NCBI GenBank assembly: GCA_973895155.1
Contig: OZ316895.1
Coordinates: 4,529,181 to 4,593,180, forward strand
Direction of reading: 5' to 3'
From: Marsupella aquatica
Lineage: Eukaryota > Plantae > Marchantiophyta
DNA length: 64,000 nt
In this document: in pieces, positions 37,377-49,694 of the stretch
Position numbering within the stretch: the stretch's first letter is position 1
Layout: each line of letters begins with the position of its first letter
The notes under the pieces: model-generated
What the model saw: the letters and a program-made list of their open reading frames with translations, nothing else
Database searches by the model: none
Told to the model about the DNA's origin: nothing
Made by a program: the position numbers and the translations under genes

Positions 37377-38049
37377 TATTTTCTTTAGATCTTTTGATGT
37401 GTGATTACAGCCAGGGGTGATAAGGCGGGTATATATATACTAACCATGTGGTGTTTTTGTGTTGGCCATGAAAGCACTTTATATCCTTGACACGCTTACA
37501 GAAGTGTATTTGGGCAGATCTCTACTAAATTGGCCCTTGTCTTACCAAAAGATAGAAATTACAGATGCTGTAAAGGTCGTGACCTACGGGTTTTACAGAC
37601 TTACAACAGATCAAGAGGAGTGTTACATGCTTATGTCATGACCGTTCTCATTACACAATCTGCTGCACAATACACGTGACCAACGAAAAGAAGCTGCTCG
37701 TGCAGATGCTCATCTTCGCTGAAGTGCAGGTTCCCTGTTCACAAGTCTTCTTCGATCAAGTTGTGGGCAGTAGAAAGGTGGACAGTACTGTTGCGTTCTG
37801 TACAGTAGACAGTACTGTAAAATCCTGGACTGCAATTTGCAATTCACCATGTGTTTTTTCAGTACAGGGAGTTGAGGTCCCCAGCAGTTTCCCATTTCAC
37901 CATGTGTTGTTTGTCTTCGGAAAGTCGGAGTGGCACTTGGTTCTTGTCAATCAGCTTCGAATCTCCCTGTTCCCTGTTCCCGATTGTCAAGTGTTTAAAT
38001 CCTCCGTCAATCCCTCGATGCCTCCACACTGCATTTCTCTGTGCCTTGA

Positions 38050-38124
38050 GCGCATAGAGCGTTCTTCGTAGAGATCGCATAGAGCGTTCTTAGTAGAGAG
38101 CGCATAGAGCGTTCTTAGTAGAGA
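38050..38124. repeat. ~25-bp tandem repeat x3 upstream of the AOC start
   Basis: CGCATAGAGCGTTCTT(C/A)GTAGAGA occurs three times. Confidence 0.85.
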
Positions 38125-38303
38125 ATCAATCTGTTGAGGCAGGCTGGGTCTGGTGGAAGAGTAGGACTACGCATGTGATCTGAAATCTTGAGCCTGAATT
38201 GGGGTTCACGAGCTTCACAAGCTTCTCAGTAGTTCTGTCGTCGTAGTGTTGTGTACAAAACGCTGTTTGGGAAAAATTGACTGAGGTGGGTAGTGTCCTC
38301 ATC

Positions 38304-41300
38304 ATGGCGGTCTCCATCCAAGCGACTAACACCGCGTGCTCGAGGGTTCAGGGAATTCCGAAGATTATATCTGCTTCCGGAAGTGCGGACTGCTTGTTGC
38401 GCTCACAGTTCTTGGGATCTGGGCGAATTCAAATTCCATGTGGGCCTCGGACGACTCAGGTGGTGGTGCACAACCCTGCCAAGACACGAGGCATTCGTAG
38501 CGCGAGTTTTTTTGAGAAATTGGGCCAGTTGTTCTCTTCAAGTGAATTAGGTGAGTGCAGTGCTCGTTGCTGCTGTGAGGTGGTGCTGTGTTGAAAGCCC
38601 TGCCACTGTGTCTCTGTTGTTTCAACTGATTACGCTGAAAGGACAATGGCTCTAAGGAGCATCTCGACTCGAGTAAACTAGACCCAACTAGATCAATTTC
38701 AGGATTGGCTTCACTGTTGTCTAGCAGTGACGTGCGTTTGAAGGTCAGATTCTGTGGCCTTTCCAAACCAAATGTTGATTGGAACTGCTTGACATAGTCA
38801 GGCACTCAATGTCACAGACTTGAATGGTCAGGCGTTGGGATTGATATTTGACTCTCATGTAGTGTCTGATTCAATGCGCAACATCTCGAAGCCCCAGAAG
38901 ACCAGAGGCAAGCGGGGACCAAGAGTATGTTACCTGATCACTTGTCGCTGTTCTGCAGCTGTCGAGCTGTTGAAGGTCATGTCCCATGACTTATTGGAAC
39001 TGAATTTCAATTCCTAAAGATGGCATAGGCAAGCGCTCAAAGTCACTGGCAATCAACTGTCAGGGCTATGGGACTCCCGTTTAAATTTCTCACGTCTTGT
39101 CTGTTTCAATGGGAAGCATCCAAGGCACTAGTAGACGGGGTAACTTTTGCACTGGATCACTTTCACAATTATGATCGCTTTTGCCCAGGACTGAAGAGCT
39201 GGTGCGATTCAGTCTGGTAACCAGTGCGAATGAGATGTGCATGTCTTCTTCAACTTGTCATAGTCAAACGCTCAGTCACAGACTTTCAATGGTCAGACTA
39301 ATGCGCTAGCATTTGCATTCACTGATGTTGTGATATTGGGCGGGTGGTGCGACAAGTGACATCGATGGAAACAGGCCAAGGTCACGCATGACTGAAGATC
39401 GTGATGCATGTCCATTTTTCCCCTTGCCTGGCTCAGTGTGCTCAAAATGCTCTGGCTCTGATTCAGTGGGCTTCACGACGAGGCTCCAGTAGAGTAAAGG
39501 CAACAAGAAGCCAAAAAGCATGCCAGCTTGCACATCGGGTCTTTCAGGAATAACTTCGATGTCATTCAGTGACCTGAGCGAAAAACATTCAATGCCTCGT
39601 GCTTGTCATAGTCAAGCACATACTTTCCATTCTTAGGCTTCGGGAATCATATCTGAATTCCTTCATGTCTCGTCATTGGGTCGGCGGAAGGCACAACACG
39701 CGGAGAGTGACGTGGCCAGGCCAAGGTTACGAACGTTTTGAGTTTTGACATTTTGGAATGGCTTTAATCTGTTTTGCATCCTGCCTCCATTTAACCACTT
39801 CAACATTTCTATCATAGTTACCCCCATTTTCGAGTCTTGTTCACGGATTTGGTTGGCAGTTTTTTTTTCGTGTCCAGAGTAAGTATCTTGGTCGATACGC
39901 TGAAAGTATTCACATTGGCAGAACAAGCCTGTCCATCTTGATGTACCATTTCTTGAAGATGTGACCCTCTGGAGAGCGCTTTCACGAAATACCTTATTGA
40001 TGTTGCTGGACAAAAGAAATTGATTTAGAACGAGATGGAACAGAATTGCAAGCGAGAAATGAAATCGAAAAGGGGTTATGCTCCTACAAGTGTCGAATGG
40101 AACTGATTCTGATGCGGAGAAATAGACTACTGATCGTTATTGTGGGATTGATGCAGACCAGGAGCAGGTTTTAACCTTTTATGAACTCAACCACGGTGAT
40201 CGCAACAGTCCTATTTTGTTGAAAGGCCCGGCAAAAGCTGCAACTCCCACCCTCGGCGATTTTGTGCCATATACGAACAAGGTATGGTTGACTGCGCTTC
40301 AATATTGCTCTCATTGGCAGGCACTAAGTTCATTTGCATGATTAGTCCAACAATGGTTTGAATCTGAAAGGGCAGTCCAGATTCGTAAACCGAAGGTGTC
40401 CTTTGTTGCATTTACTGGAGTACTGGCGCAATGTACATCAAGGGGCATTGCTCTCCGGCCATATCCAAACTGACCTGACCTCTCAACGCTGGGCTGCAAA
40501 TTACGAGAGTCAGAGGCTATAATCCGACACATAAAATTCAATGAACAAAAAGGCTGCTAAATTACGAGACGCACAATCAGCTGAGCCAGCAGTTCTGGAA
40601 TAGCTTGCCTAGAAGATATATATTCTCTCCAGTTTCCAAATTGATTAGATACCTAAAAAGAAACGTGAGATTCACTTTCATCTTTAGTGAGTACCTCTTA
40701 TACTGGCATTCACTAGTACACTTCGAGATACCTGTTTCACTCAAATATGACTGAATCTTGACAGCAAAAGAACTGAACCAGAGCTCTAGCTACGAAGGCA
40801 GGTAACGTCTAAAGGTTGTCTAGAAAATCACTTGCAACATTGAGTTTTACGGTTTAGACGATTGCACATACATATAGCCAAAGCACTAAGTTGCAGATAC
40901 AGTTCATCTGGGTCTGAAATTCCACTTGTTGATAACTTTTACGTTCTTGCCAAGGGTTGGCTGCTGGAGTGCAATGGAGGTTTGCCTGGTAGTCTCGAAT
41001 TATCATGTGTGTTCTTGATCGTTGGGAAAAGCCAAGTGGAGAGGTGATGTGGGTAGGTACTGACTTGGCCTTGTGCATGAGCCTCAGGTTTACGATGCTT
41101 CTGGAAAGCGTTATCTTGGGGTCTCAGCAGGTTTATGCGTTTGCATTGAGAACGCGAATGGTACCTCAGATGGAGATCGTTATGAAACCACATATACACA
41201 CTATCTTGGTAGCTATGGGCAGCTTTCCGCTATGGTATGTGCTCTCACGACCTTACTCTTATCAGTATCATCCCCTGCAATTTATTTCCTCAAGCATTTG

Positions 41301-41856
41301 TAATAGAAGTTGCTGTGTACTTCAACTGCTGTGTACTTCAACTGATGTGTCACGGTTTGGAAGAAAAATTTAGCCGTCTGTTTCAAGCTTTAAAGACCCT
41401 TTCTCGCTTCCGCAGAAACTGCACAGCATCTATCTGCATTGTTCTGCTGTCAACAGCTTTAATTGTTGAAGCTCCCCAAACCTCTGGATCCCTTATATTA
41501 TGCATGAGACTACCTGTCATATCACAACAAATTATACAAGTAGGGAAGTCTGCGAGGCACAACCTTGCGACCTAGCAGAATGAAAACTTCGACAGATTAT
41601 AGTACCACCGACTTCTAATGAATTGGATATTTGGCAGGGCCCATATTTCACCAACTGTGACAGCGAAATGGTAGTGACGGGTGGAACAGGAATTTTCAAA
41701 GGAGCTCGAGGTGTTGTCAAGCTCCACAGTGTGAAGCCTCCAACGCAAATTCTGTACACTTACAGTATCACAGGCATTCGAACGCTTCCTCCCGAATTGA
41801 CCATTCCCGTTGAGGCTTTATCTACTGCACCGGTACCTGTCACAGCTACAGCTTAG
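38304..41856 (+). CDS. AOC: Allene oxide cyclase (divergent) with plastid transit peptide; exons 38304-38550, 40157-40281, 41088-41234, 41638-41856; ~245 aa
   Basis: Transit peptide exon (RSQFLG), then LTFYELNHGDRNSP, LGDFVPYTNK|VYD, LGVSAGLC, GDRYETTY..YLGSYGQLS, GPY...DS..VVTGGTGIFKGA.G.VKL, LPPELT, all matching the AOC pattern. Splice phases are consistent. Confidence 0.9.
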
Positions 41857-42215
41857 ACTATCGACTCTTATTGACATGTCTAGCAAATCTCAAGCTGTCA
41901 GCTGGACCCATGTGTGACTAAGGATCACACTGCTCACACGCTTCGGTTGTTCTCCTTAGTCTAAATGGCGCTTAAACTGTAATTACTTCCTAGGAAGAGC
42001 CTATCAGGACTGTTTAATATTTAGGTGTAGTTTCACATACTTGTGGAATTAGGTTATCTAAAAACACTCTCTTTGTACAAATTTTGTTGAAGAACTAAAC
42101 TATCACTTTTCCGTGATGACACTTCCTTGTCCCATCCAAGGTCCTCAAGTACAATGAATGCAATAGATTTGAAATATCGCTTAATTGAAACGTTTTGGAC
42201 CGACGTTCAAGCGCT

Positions 42216-42327
42216 GTGTTCATGACTTCGTGTAAATTGATATTCGCTTTCAATTCCTGGAGGAAAGATCTCTGTTCATGACTTCGTGTATTTGGTATTC
42301 GCTTTCAATTCCTGGAGGAAAGGTCCA
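42216..42327. repeat. 56-bp tandem duplication
   Basis: TGTTCATGACTTCGTGTA..TTG.TATTCGCTTTCAATTCCTGGAGGAAAG occurs twice. Confidence 0.85.
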
Positions 42328-42667
42328 GATTGGCGAGTATTTTCTTAGTGCACAGGCTGTCTAATCTATGAGAATTTCTGATTTGCATACCGTTTGCAGA
42401 GTATGAAGATGAACTCCCAATCTTGGCAGCTTGAATAACAGTGTTAATCTTCAGAATTACTGAAACTCTGGATCGGTTTTCAATCAAGTTTAGTCCTGAA
42501 GATGTTGTAAGCGACATATTCTCTCAGGCACGGACGTTTCCTTGTTTGGACAACTGAGACCCTCTCATTACCTACAATCATAGATCCACACTAAAAAAAT
42601 GTAAAAATCAATATGCATAGCAAGAGGCACATTCCCTTAAAACACACTTTCACTGTGGAAGATTGAT

Positions 42668-43450
42668 TCAGAAACCATTTGATAGGCAAGGGCGATTGTT
42701 TGAAGTAGAGTACAAACAACAATCGTCCTCCCAGGTCGGGATAAATCTTGATTGCAAGCTTGATAGTTTAGTAATTGGCAACACTAATTTAGGTGAACTC
42801 GATTAATAACCCTGAATCTTGTAAAGTTCGAGAAAAGGACCAGACGTAAAATCAAGCTCACCATATAACAGCAAAGGGAGATGTGGTGGACCAGTGGAGC
42901 GGAGATTTTCCAGAAGGACGCCATAGTTGGATCGGGATGGCAATCCTTGCAAGGCTACTCATCCGCTCGTGGTCCTCCCTTGCCCTTTCAGATCCCTTCC
43001 CAGCGACAGGGTCGTAAGGAGATCAAGGCTGCTGCTGTCATCTCCAGGATTTTGATAATAGAATCCAACATGTCAATGGAGAGGATTGATGGTTTTAACA
43101 GTGGGAAGTTGGCAGCTGCAATAGAAGCTGAAGTGGTCGACAGCAATTTCAGCAAGGACGACGTCACCACACAATTCACTGATCATATCCACAGAAACGT
43201 GAGATTAATTGCGAAACGAATTGGTAGTCTGGGACAAGGGGGTGTATTTGAAGGTCCATTCTTTCAATGTGATAGAAATACAATGGGATCCTTCATTGAA
43301 CTTTGTGCAGTTTGCAGATTTGATTATTAAGTTGCGAAAGTTGGGTTACTTGCTTGATTGTGTGAAGAATTCTTTGTGGAGATGCTTCCTGAGGGTTGAA
43401 GAGTTTGATCGTGCACCATTAGCAGTGACAAATCTCAATGTGAATGTTGC
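42668..43450 (-). pseudogene. Decayed ORF of unknown family
   Basis: One minus frame of ~260 codons (...VSVDMISELCGDVVLAEIAVDHFSFYCSC...YGVLLENLRSTGPPHLPLLLYGELDF...) is broken by only ~5 TAA/TGA stops. Confidence 0.35.
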
Positions 43451-44124
43451 TTGGGCCCCAATCAAACACTAAAGTATGAATGTTGCTTAGGAGCTCAATC
43501 AAACACTACACAATGTGACCCTCAATCAAACACTACAATAATGTGACCCTCTCTGGTTGATGATCTATTTACAACATGTCATTTGGGAGGAAAGAGTCGT
43601 GGCTGTTTCTAACAAACGATTTTCGTGTCACCATTTGATTGGCCAAAAACAATTCCCTGCCTGCCATCCCATGCATGCCTGGTCCTTGCTAATAGTAAAA
43701 GGCAAGGGTATTGGCTGGTTATATATAAAACTCTCCATGACGTCCATCGTCTCGTTGCTAAATTTTCTTGGGAGTAGGTTTACCAATAACAAAACAAACC
43801 CCAATTTAAGGAAAATCGAACTTTGGAAATTCCGTAAATCACTAAATATTATTATTTTAATATGAAAAGGGGGTGACATGACGCGTCGCTGCGCGTGATA
43901 CCCTGAAAATGACTGCAACGTCACATTTTAACGACACTAAGATTTTTGACTCACTCTAACTTGACGGGACCAACAGACATGCTCACACAAATAATAACAA
44001 TAGAGAAATAAATCTTTGAGATCCTTTATATATGATAACCAGTATATAGGGAGATTACAAATCGTTTCTAGAACGACAATACAAATTAATCTGATCTCAT
44101 GCCGATTATTATATCAGAAACGTC

Positions 44125-44815
44125 CTAAACTGGGCTTCTGTTAAATTGCTCTACTAAATATCTATCTCCATGTCTCTGAATCACAGGGTCTTCCCATATA
44201 GTATGATTATAATCATAATCTCTAAAAAGAGATTTAACTGACCAATTAGGATAATCTCTTCCATTGGCAATGACAAGCGGATCACAAGATTTTGCTAGCT
44301 TGCTAAGATTCGGAATCAGCAAGTTAATCACGAAGCTCTTGTCAACCGACCCAAAATATTTGGGCGGAAATAATGATCCAAAAATAGGATCTAAACAAGC
44401 ATGAAATGCATCGGATTCGATAAGCATTATAGTTTGCTGTAGATACACCTTCGTATAAATTTCACCCTTATCAAAACACTTCAAAAATATTCGCTTATTT
44501 GATGTCGCCCCATCGCATAAGTAACAATGAGACTGATCCCAAATATACTTAATGAGACCATTTCCATCGCAGTAAAAATAGATGCTAAAATCTGATGTAA
44601 AAGGTTCTTCCCAAGAGAGGACCAGATCCCTACATCAAAATTCTCAAAACAAAATCTCACGAATTTGTGAAGATGAGGCCTTGGAAAAACGTATATATTC
44701 CCAATCCGAATTCCAGTTGAGACCGCCATCAGTCGGAAATGCGGTGCAATGTAATAGAGTATATGCTCCACGTCTAAAACTATGAGCCCATTTTCTCTGC
44801 TGCAATGAATCTCCT
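44125..44815 (-). pseudogene. NIF/FCP1-homology (HAD-like phosphatase) domain sequence, frameshifted
   Basis: LIVLDVEHIL...FPRPHLHKFVRFCFENFDVGIWSS, a frameshift at ~44555, then YIWDQSHC...IFLK...MLIES...CLDP...LFPPKY. The DxDxT motif is degenerate. Confidence 0.7.
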
Positions 44816-46469
44816 GTAGAGAAACACAAGAAGATGCATGAGCCCGTATGGATGTAGTCACGCGAATTGTCACGTCACATATTACAGACAGACAACACAT
44901 CCTCTACACTCTGGCCATTGATAAGTGACGTCTGTTGAAATGCTTGATAAGAACTGTAAAAAAGAAATGTAAAAAATTAGAAATGCAAAAAATTAGAAAT
45001 GCAAAAAATTAGAATTTACTAAGGGTGGCTTTACAAGTCCTTGGGGGCAATTTGAGTGTTTTTTTTACCCAAGCTATTCTATTAGCCAGTTAACCCCCTT
45101 ATGATAGTGTACTTGGGCTAAACGAGAGTTTGGAATCATTCTATGGCCCCCAAAGTCTCTTACAGCTGATTGCACATGCTAGAATAATTTGTTAGGAGAA
45201 AAATTGGGGACCCATTCCACCTGAAAGTCATGTTGTTGGTTAGCTAGGGTTTAGGGTAAAGTAAACTTTAGGTAGTAAAATGCCCCCAGGCTCTGTAAAC
45301 TGAATAGTCTCCCCAATGGATGGCCCCGATCACATGTTGAAGACAACTGGAAAAGCTAAAAGTGCCCCAACTCTTGTAAAACGTGCACATCAAAGTCCAA
45401 TGGAGTAGAAACAGAAGAGGTCCAAGGGAGGACAAACCCCCCAAAGTTAGAAAGAGTATATATAAGAGATGAAGATCTACCATTTCAATAGTGTGATGAA
45501 CTAATAGTACACATGTAATTCATTAGCATGATAGTTAATGGTCCACATCAAGTCGCAAGTGACATGTGGATGTCCAAATTGGAGTTTTGGCAAAACAAAT
45601 ATGCATTTTGTACTATTTTTTTGTGCTATGTTTCTTCAACATTATTTGCCACAGCTAAGTTTGGATACCAAATTATATCCTTTCATCTGGATAGTGATCA
45701 AATTATTCCCCTCATAATTTGGATGGTGATTGAATTAAATCTCTTGCTTCCAAATACAAGGAAAAGAGTTTCTCTTTATAGAATGGTAGAATGTGAATTT
45801 CTTATTTACCCCACACGTTTACTTTCGTTTTGGGGAATCATAAACTTTTGGGGCCCACAAAGCTGGTTTTTTTTGTTTCTCCCCACCCTCCAAGCTTGAT
45901 AGAAAATAATTTGTATTAGAGTTGAGAAAAGGAACTAAAGTTTGCAGATCACAATCTGATTAGTGTAGCAGAACGTCACAGCACCACGTTGGGGTGTTTC
46001 TCTATCCATGAGTCAAATCATGTGTCAAAAACTTCACATCAAAGGATTTGGTGCGGACAATTTGAACAACCAGATCATACCAGTTGGTGAGCCTTTTTCT
46101 TAATCTTTGCAAAAATGCTGGAACATTTGTCTTTGGTGTAAATATGTCCCAGAAGTTGCTCAGTATATTCTTGACACAAAGTATGTGATTTAATATATTT
46201 CCTTCCAAAACTACATTAAAAAACCAATGGCAAATAGTGAAACTTTCACACGTGTAAGAGATGTTTGCACAATCATATATGCTTGATGGGCCCCTTGGAA
46301 CCTTTCTTACCTGATGGGCCCCTAGGTAACTTTTCTTACCTAATAGGCCCCTTGTCAGTATTTTTGGTCAGATGTTCTTATTAGAGGCACTCTAATGAGT
46401 TTTTCCTTCATGGAGTGAACCACGTTTTCCAGAAAGACTATTAATGGTCAACCATGACTACAGGCAAAC

Positions 46470-46850
46470 TGCACGGTTGGACTGTGAGGCCGACCCTGCA
46501 TGGTTGACCAAAAAACCATGGAGATTATTTGGGAGAAACCACAAAAAGCGGCCGCCCCTGCCAAAACTTTGATGTGAAGACAATATGCATTATGTTGTCG
46601 GATTCAAAATTTGACTGATTGCGGGGTAGTCATTAGGTTTGCTTGTACGGTTTTTTGTGACTGTTGGACCGTGCGTGAGGCCACCCCTGCATGGTCAAAG
46701 AAACATGTGTGAGAAATAGGTGAAACTACGGAAATGATGTGGGAGAACCGCAAAAGCGGCCGCTACTGCCCAAACCGTGACTTGAATACAATATAGATTA
46801 CATCTTCAAGTTCAAATTTTTACTGTCGCGGGATAGTCATTAGGTATGTT
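46470..46850. repeat. Diverged ~190-bp tandem duplication
   Basis: GTGAGGCC.ACCCTGCATGGT...GGGAGAA.CC.CAAAA.GCGGCCGC...GCGGG.TAGTCATTAGGT occurs twice. Confidence 0.75.
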
Positions 46851-47663
46851 TTTCACATGGTGCACATGGGTTTTTCACGATGTTTTCATGCGCAACTGTC
46901 AGCGTTGATGTGGAGTCCCTCCAAATGTCCATAGTGAATATTGAAGTTCAATGTTCACAATTTTGCCATTGCCGCCACAACAAAAATTCACAAATGATCG
47001 ACAAATGCGCTTGAAAAACGACAATACTCCCTTGCGCAATGCATACAAACAATTCCAAAAGAAGACAGACTTGAAGGTGCCGGGGTACACCCTAAACCCT
47101 AAACCTTGAAGCACAGAAAGATGTAATCCATTGTGTCTTCAAGCATTAACCAGTCCAATCCCGTGGCAATGACATTGTTGCCCGTTTTGACATTCAGTGT
47201 TTCGTCCTTCAGTGTTTACATGATTCTTTGACAAAATCGTTACAAAGTCGGCTCTCTCTATTGCAAAATCAATAAGCACAAAGCCGAGATAACTGCATGG
47301 TGTCCTATTTTTCCCTTTTTACATGGGTCTGCACTTTTTGGCACCAATTCTAAGTGCAGAAAGGCCGGAAATTTTAGCTAATCTACGGGTTTATAATTGC
47401 AAAAACTTTTATAAGCGCACAATCCCATCGAATTGCAATTACTAACAAGCGCATGACATTTTTTAATAGAGTAAAAATGCACTTATGGAGTAGGAAACCT
47501 AATTTTGGGCAGGGATGTACAATTTGGGTGGTGAGTCATGAGAATGCACACTGACAGAGGGTGCATTCTATCAATAACTGCACAACTATGTAGGCTTGCA
47601 CTTATCACAAACTGCAAACCCCCATTTAGTGCAGACAGGATGCTTGCTGCCAGAGTGTGCACT

Positions 47664-47704
<41 letters not shown>
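47664..47704. repeat. (GA)n microsatellite
   Basis: About 20 GA units. Confidence 0.95.
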
Positions 47705-47707
<3 letters not shown>

Positions 47708-48001
47708 ACTATTTCTGAGTGTATTTCTTTTAAAACTTTTTGGATGATTTGGGTTTTGGTGTCCAATCCCCAAATTAGTCAAAATTACTACCCTATACTC
47801 AAACTGGTTAGCATTATTAATCTTCCCTAAAACTTATCTAACTATCAGGATGTTGTCATTTTGTTCATCCAAAGCTGGAAAATATTACTACTATAAATAC
47901 CCTATCTTGCCACAAGTGGTGGGTCATTCGTTTACAAAATCACTTTTGGAGGGAACATTCTATCATGACCATTGGATTTATAAGCTCTTTTATCCTAGCC
48001 T

Positions 48002-48465
48002 TGTTAAGCATAGATGACAATTGCAATGGCAAGCCCATGACACATCCAACGCTTTAGTAGTCGACAAAAGAGATACGTGGTTCACCTCCTCAAGGTTACG
48101 TCCACAGGAACACACAAGAGAGCTTTACTGAGTGAACTCTAAGCCCGTCGGCCATACCAAGTCTCCATAGTGTAAGCTTTCCCTATATCTCAAGTGACTC
48201 TTTAACAATGAGCGTTAGTTCTACTTATCCTAGCAAGCATCACTTAGGATATAGTGTGCAACTTAATTAACCTAACCACGTCTCCGACCACGGTTAGCCT
48301 AACTACGGTTACATGGCGTAACCCTAGACATAAGTCAATCTATTCATATCGTATTGTACTATAGTGTACTTTTGGGGTTAAAAAATGTATATTGAGAGAC
48401 CAAAAAGTGAACAAAATAATACATTTTTAATGAATAGGGTGATTAAATAAAGTAAATACCTAACA
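48002..48465 (-). mobile_element. Copia solo LTR related to the LTR at 30793-31145
   Basis: TGTTAAGCATAGATGACA...GCAAGCCCA and CGGCCATACCAAG..TCCA.AG...AAGCT.TCCCTAT.TCTCAA...TAACAATGAG match the other LTR. It ends CTAACA, with GCCT on both flanks (TSD-like). Confidence 0.7.
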
Positions 48466-49339
48466 GCCTTTCATTAGTAAAAAACAATCTCCCTAACCCA
48501 AAGCAAACAAGAGAAAGTATTTTGGTATGCACAAAGATTGTGTAAGAGGGGCATAATGTCATATGTTGTATGTAAGTGCTATGTGTTGCCATTGCCCCGC
48601 CGATAATCATACATCAAAATGTGATAATATTTAGATGGTGTGCACTCATTGATTTAAAAAACATAACGAGTTTTATCATGGTATGGAGGGATGTGGTACA
48701 TGCCATTGGAATGGGGGCACTTGGGACACCATTATGAGGAAATAGGGACTAGGAGACATAGAGTTCAATGTAAGGAGGTGAATTAATGATGCACCCATGA
48801 GTGATGGGATGAATAATATCATACCTCCCATAAGTACAAGATAGGGGATGAGAAAAATAGGAACAAAGGAAAGTGAATCAAAATAAAGAATATAATAATA
48901 AGGCAATTAGAGAGAAAAGGGAGGAGAAGACTGAGGAACACCCTTTCTTTCATTGAGTTTTGTTTTTGTTTTTTGTTTTTGTGTGTGTGTGTGTGGGGAG
49001 GGGGGGAGAAGGGAGAGGCAGCCCAAGAGAAAGGGGAGAGGAGGTCATGCGGAGGAGGGGGGGGGTGTCACCCTCCACCTAGGGTTGTGTATCTCCTTTA
49101 TCACTATTGCAACAATATCTATTTGACATTGACAATCTTTCACGCAATGACATCATTCTTTCTTGCAATGTACAAGTATCGGAACCTCGGGGGCTCACTC
49201 CAAGGGAGGTCCCATATCACGCGCAAATTTTTCAAGTAATAAATACCATAAAACTAAAGAAAATAAAACAGATTTTTAGAAAATTTTGACCCCTAAATTT
49301 ATAGAATATTCTAGGAATATTCTTACATTTGGTATTAAA

Positions 49340-49540
49340 AAACCCCTATAGTTTTATAAGTCTCAAAATTGCATTAAAACACCCTACATTTCTTCAACAA
49401 AAATTTGAAAGCCTTCCGCACAATTGAATTAAGAAACCCCTATAGTTTTATAAGTCTCAAAATTGCATTAAAACACCCCTACATTTCTTCAACAAAACTT
49501 TTAAAGCCTTCCGCACAATTGAATTAAGAAACCCCTAAGT
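49340..49540. repeat. ~94-bp tandem duplication inside a dispersed repeat
   Basis: AAACCCCTATAGTTTTATAAGTCTCAAAATTGCATTAAAACACCC...AAAGCCTTCCGCACAATTGAATTAAGAAACCCC occurs twice. Confidence 0.85.
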
Positions 49541-49654
49541 TCGTCACGCGCGATGGTTCAGAAGAAAAGAAGTGAGGACCCTAGGTATTGAACACGACCA
49601 CAACAACTATATGGTCAAGATACACATAACATGTCTCAATAATTACATTGCAAA

Positions 49655-49656
<2 letters not shown>

Positions 49657-49694
<38 letters not shown>

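Noticed and set aside
46960-47090. Possible BED zinc finger (CMHC...DHL) on the minus strand
   Set aside because: Too short, interrupted by stops, and no transposase core nearby.
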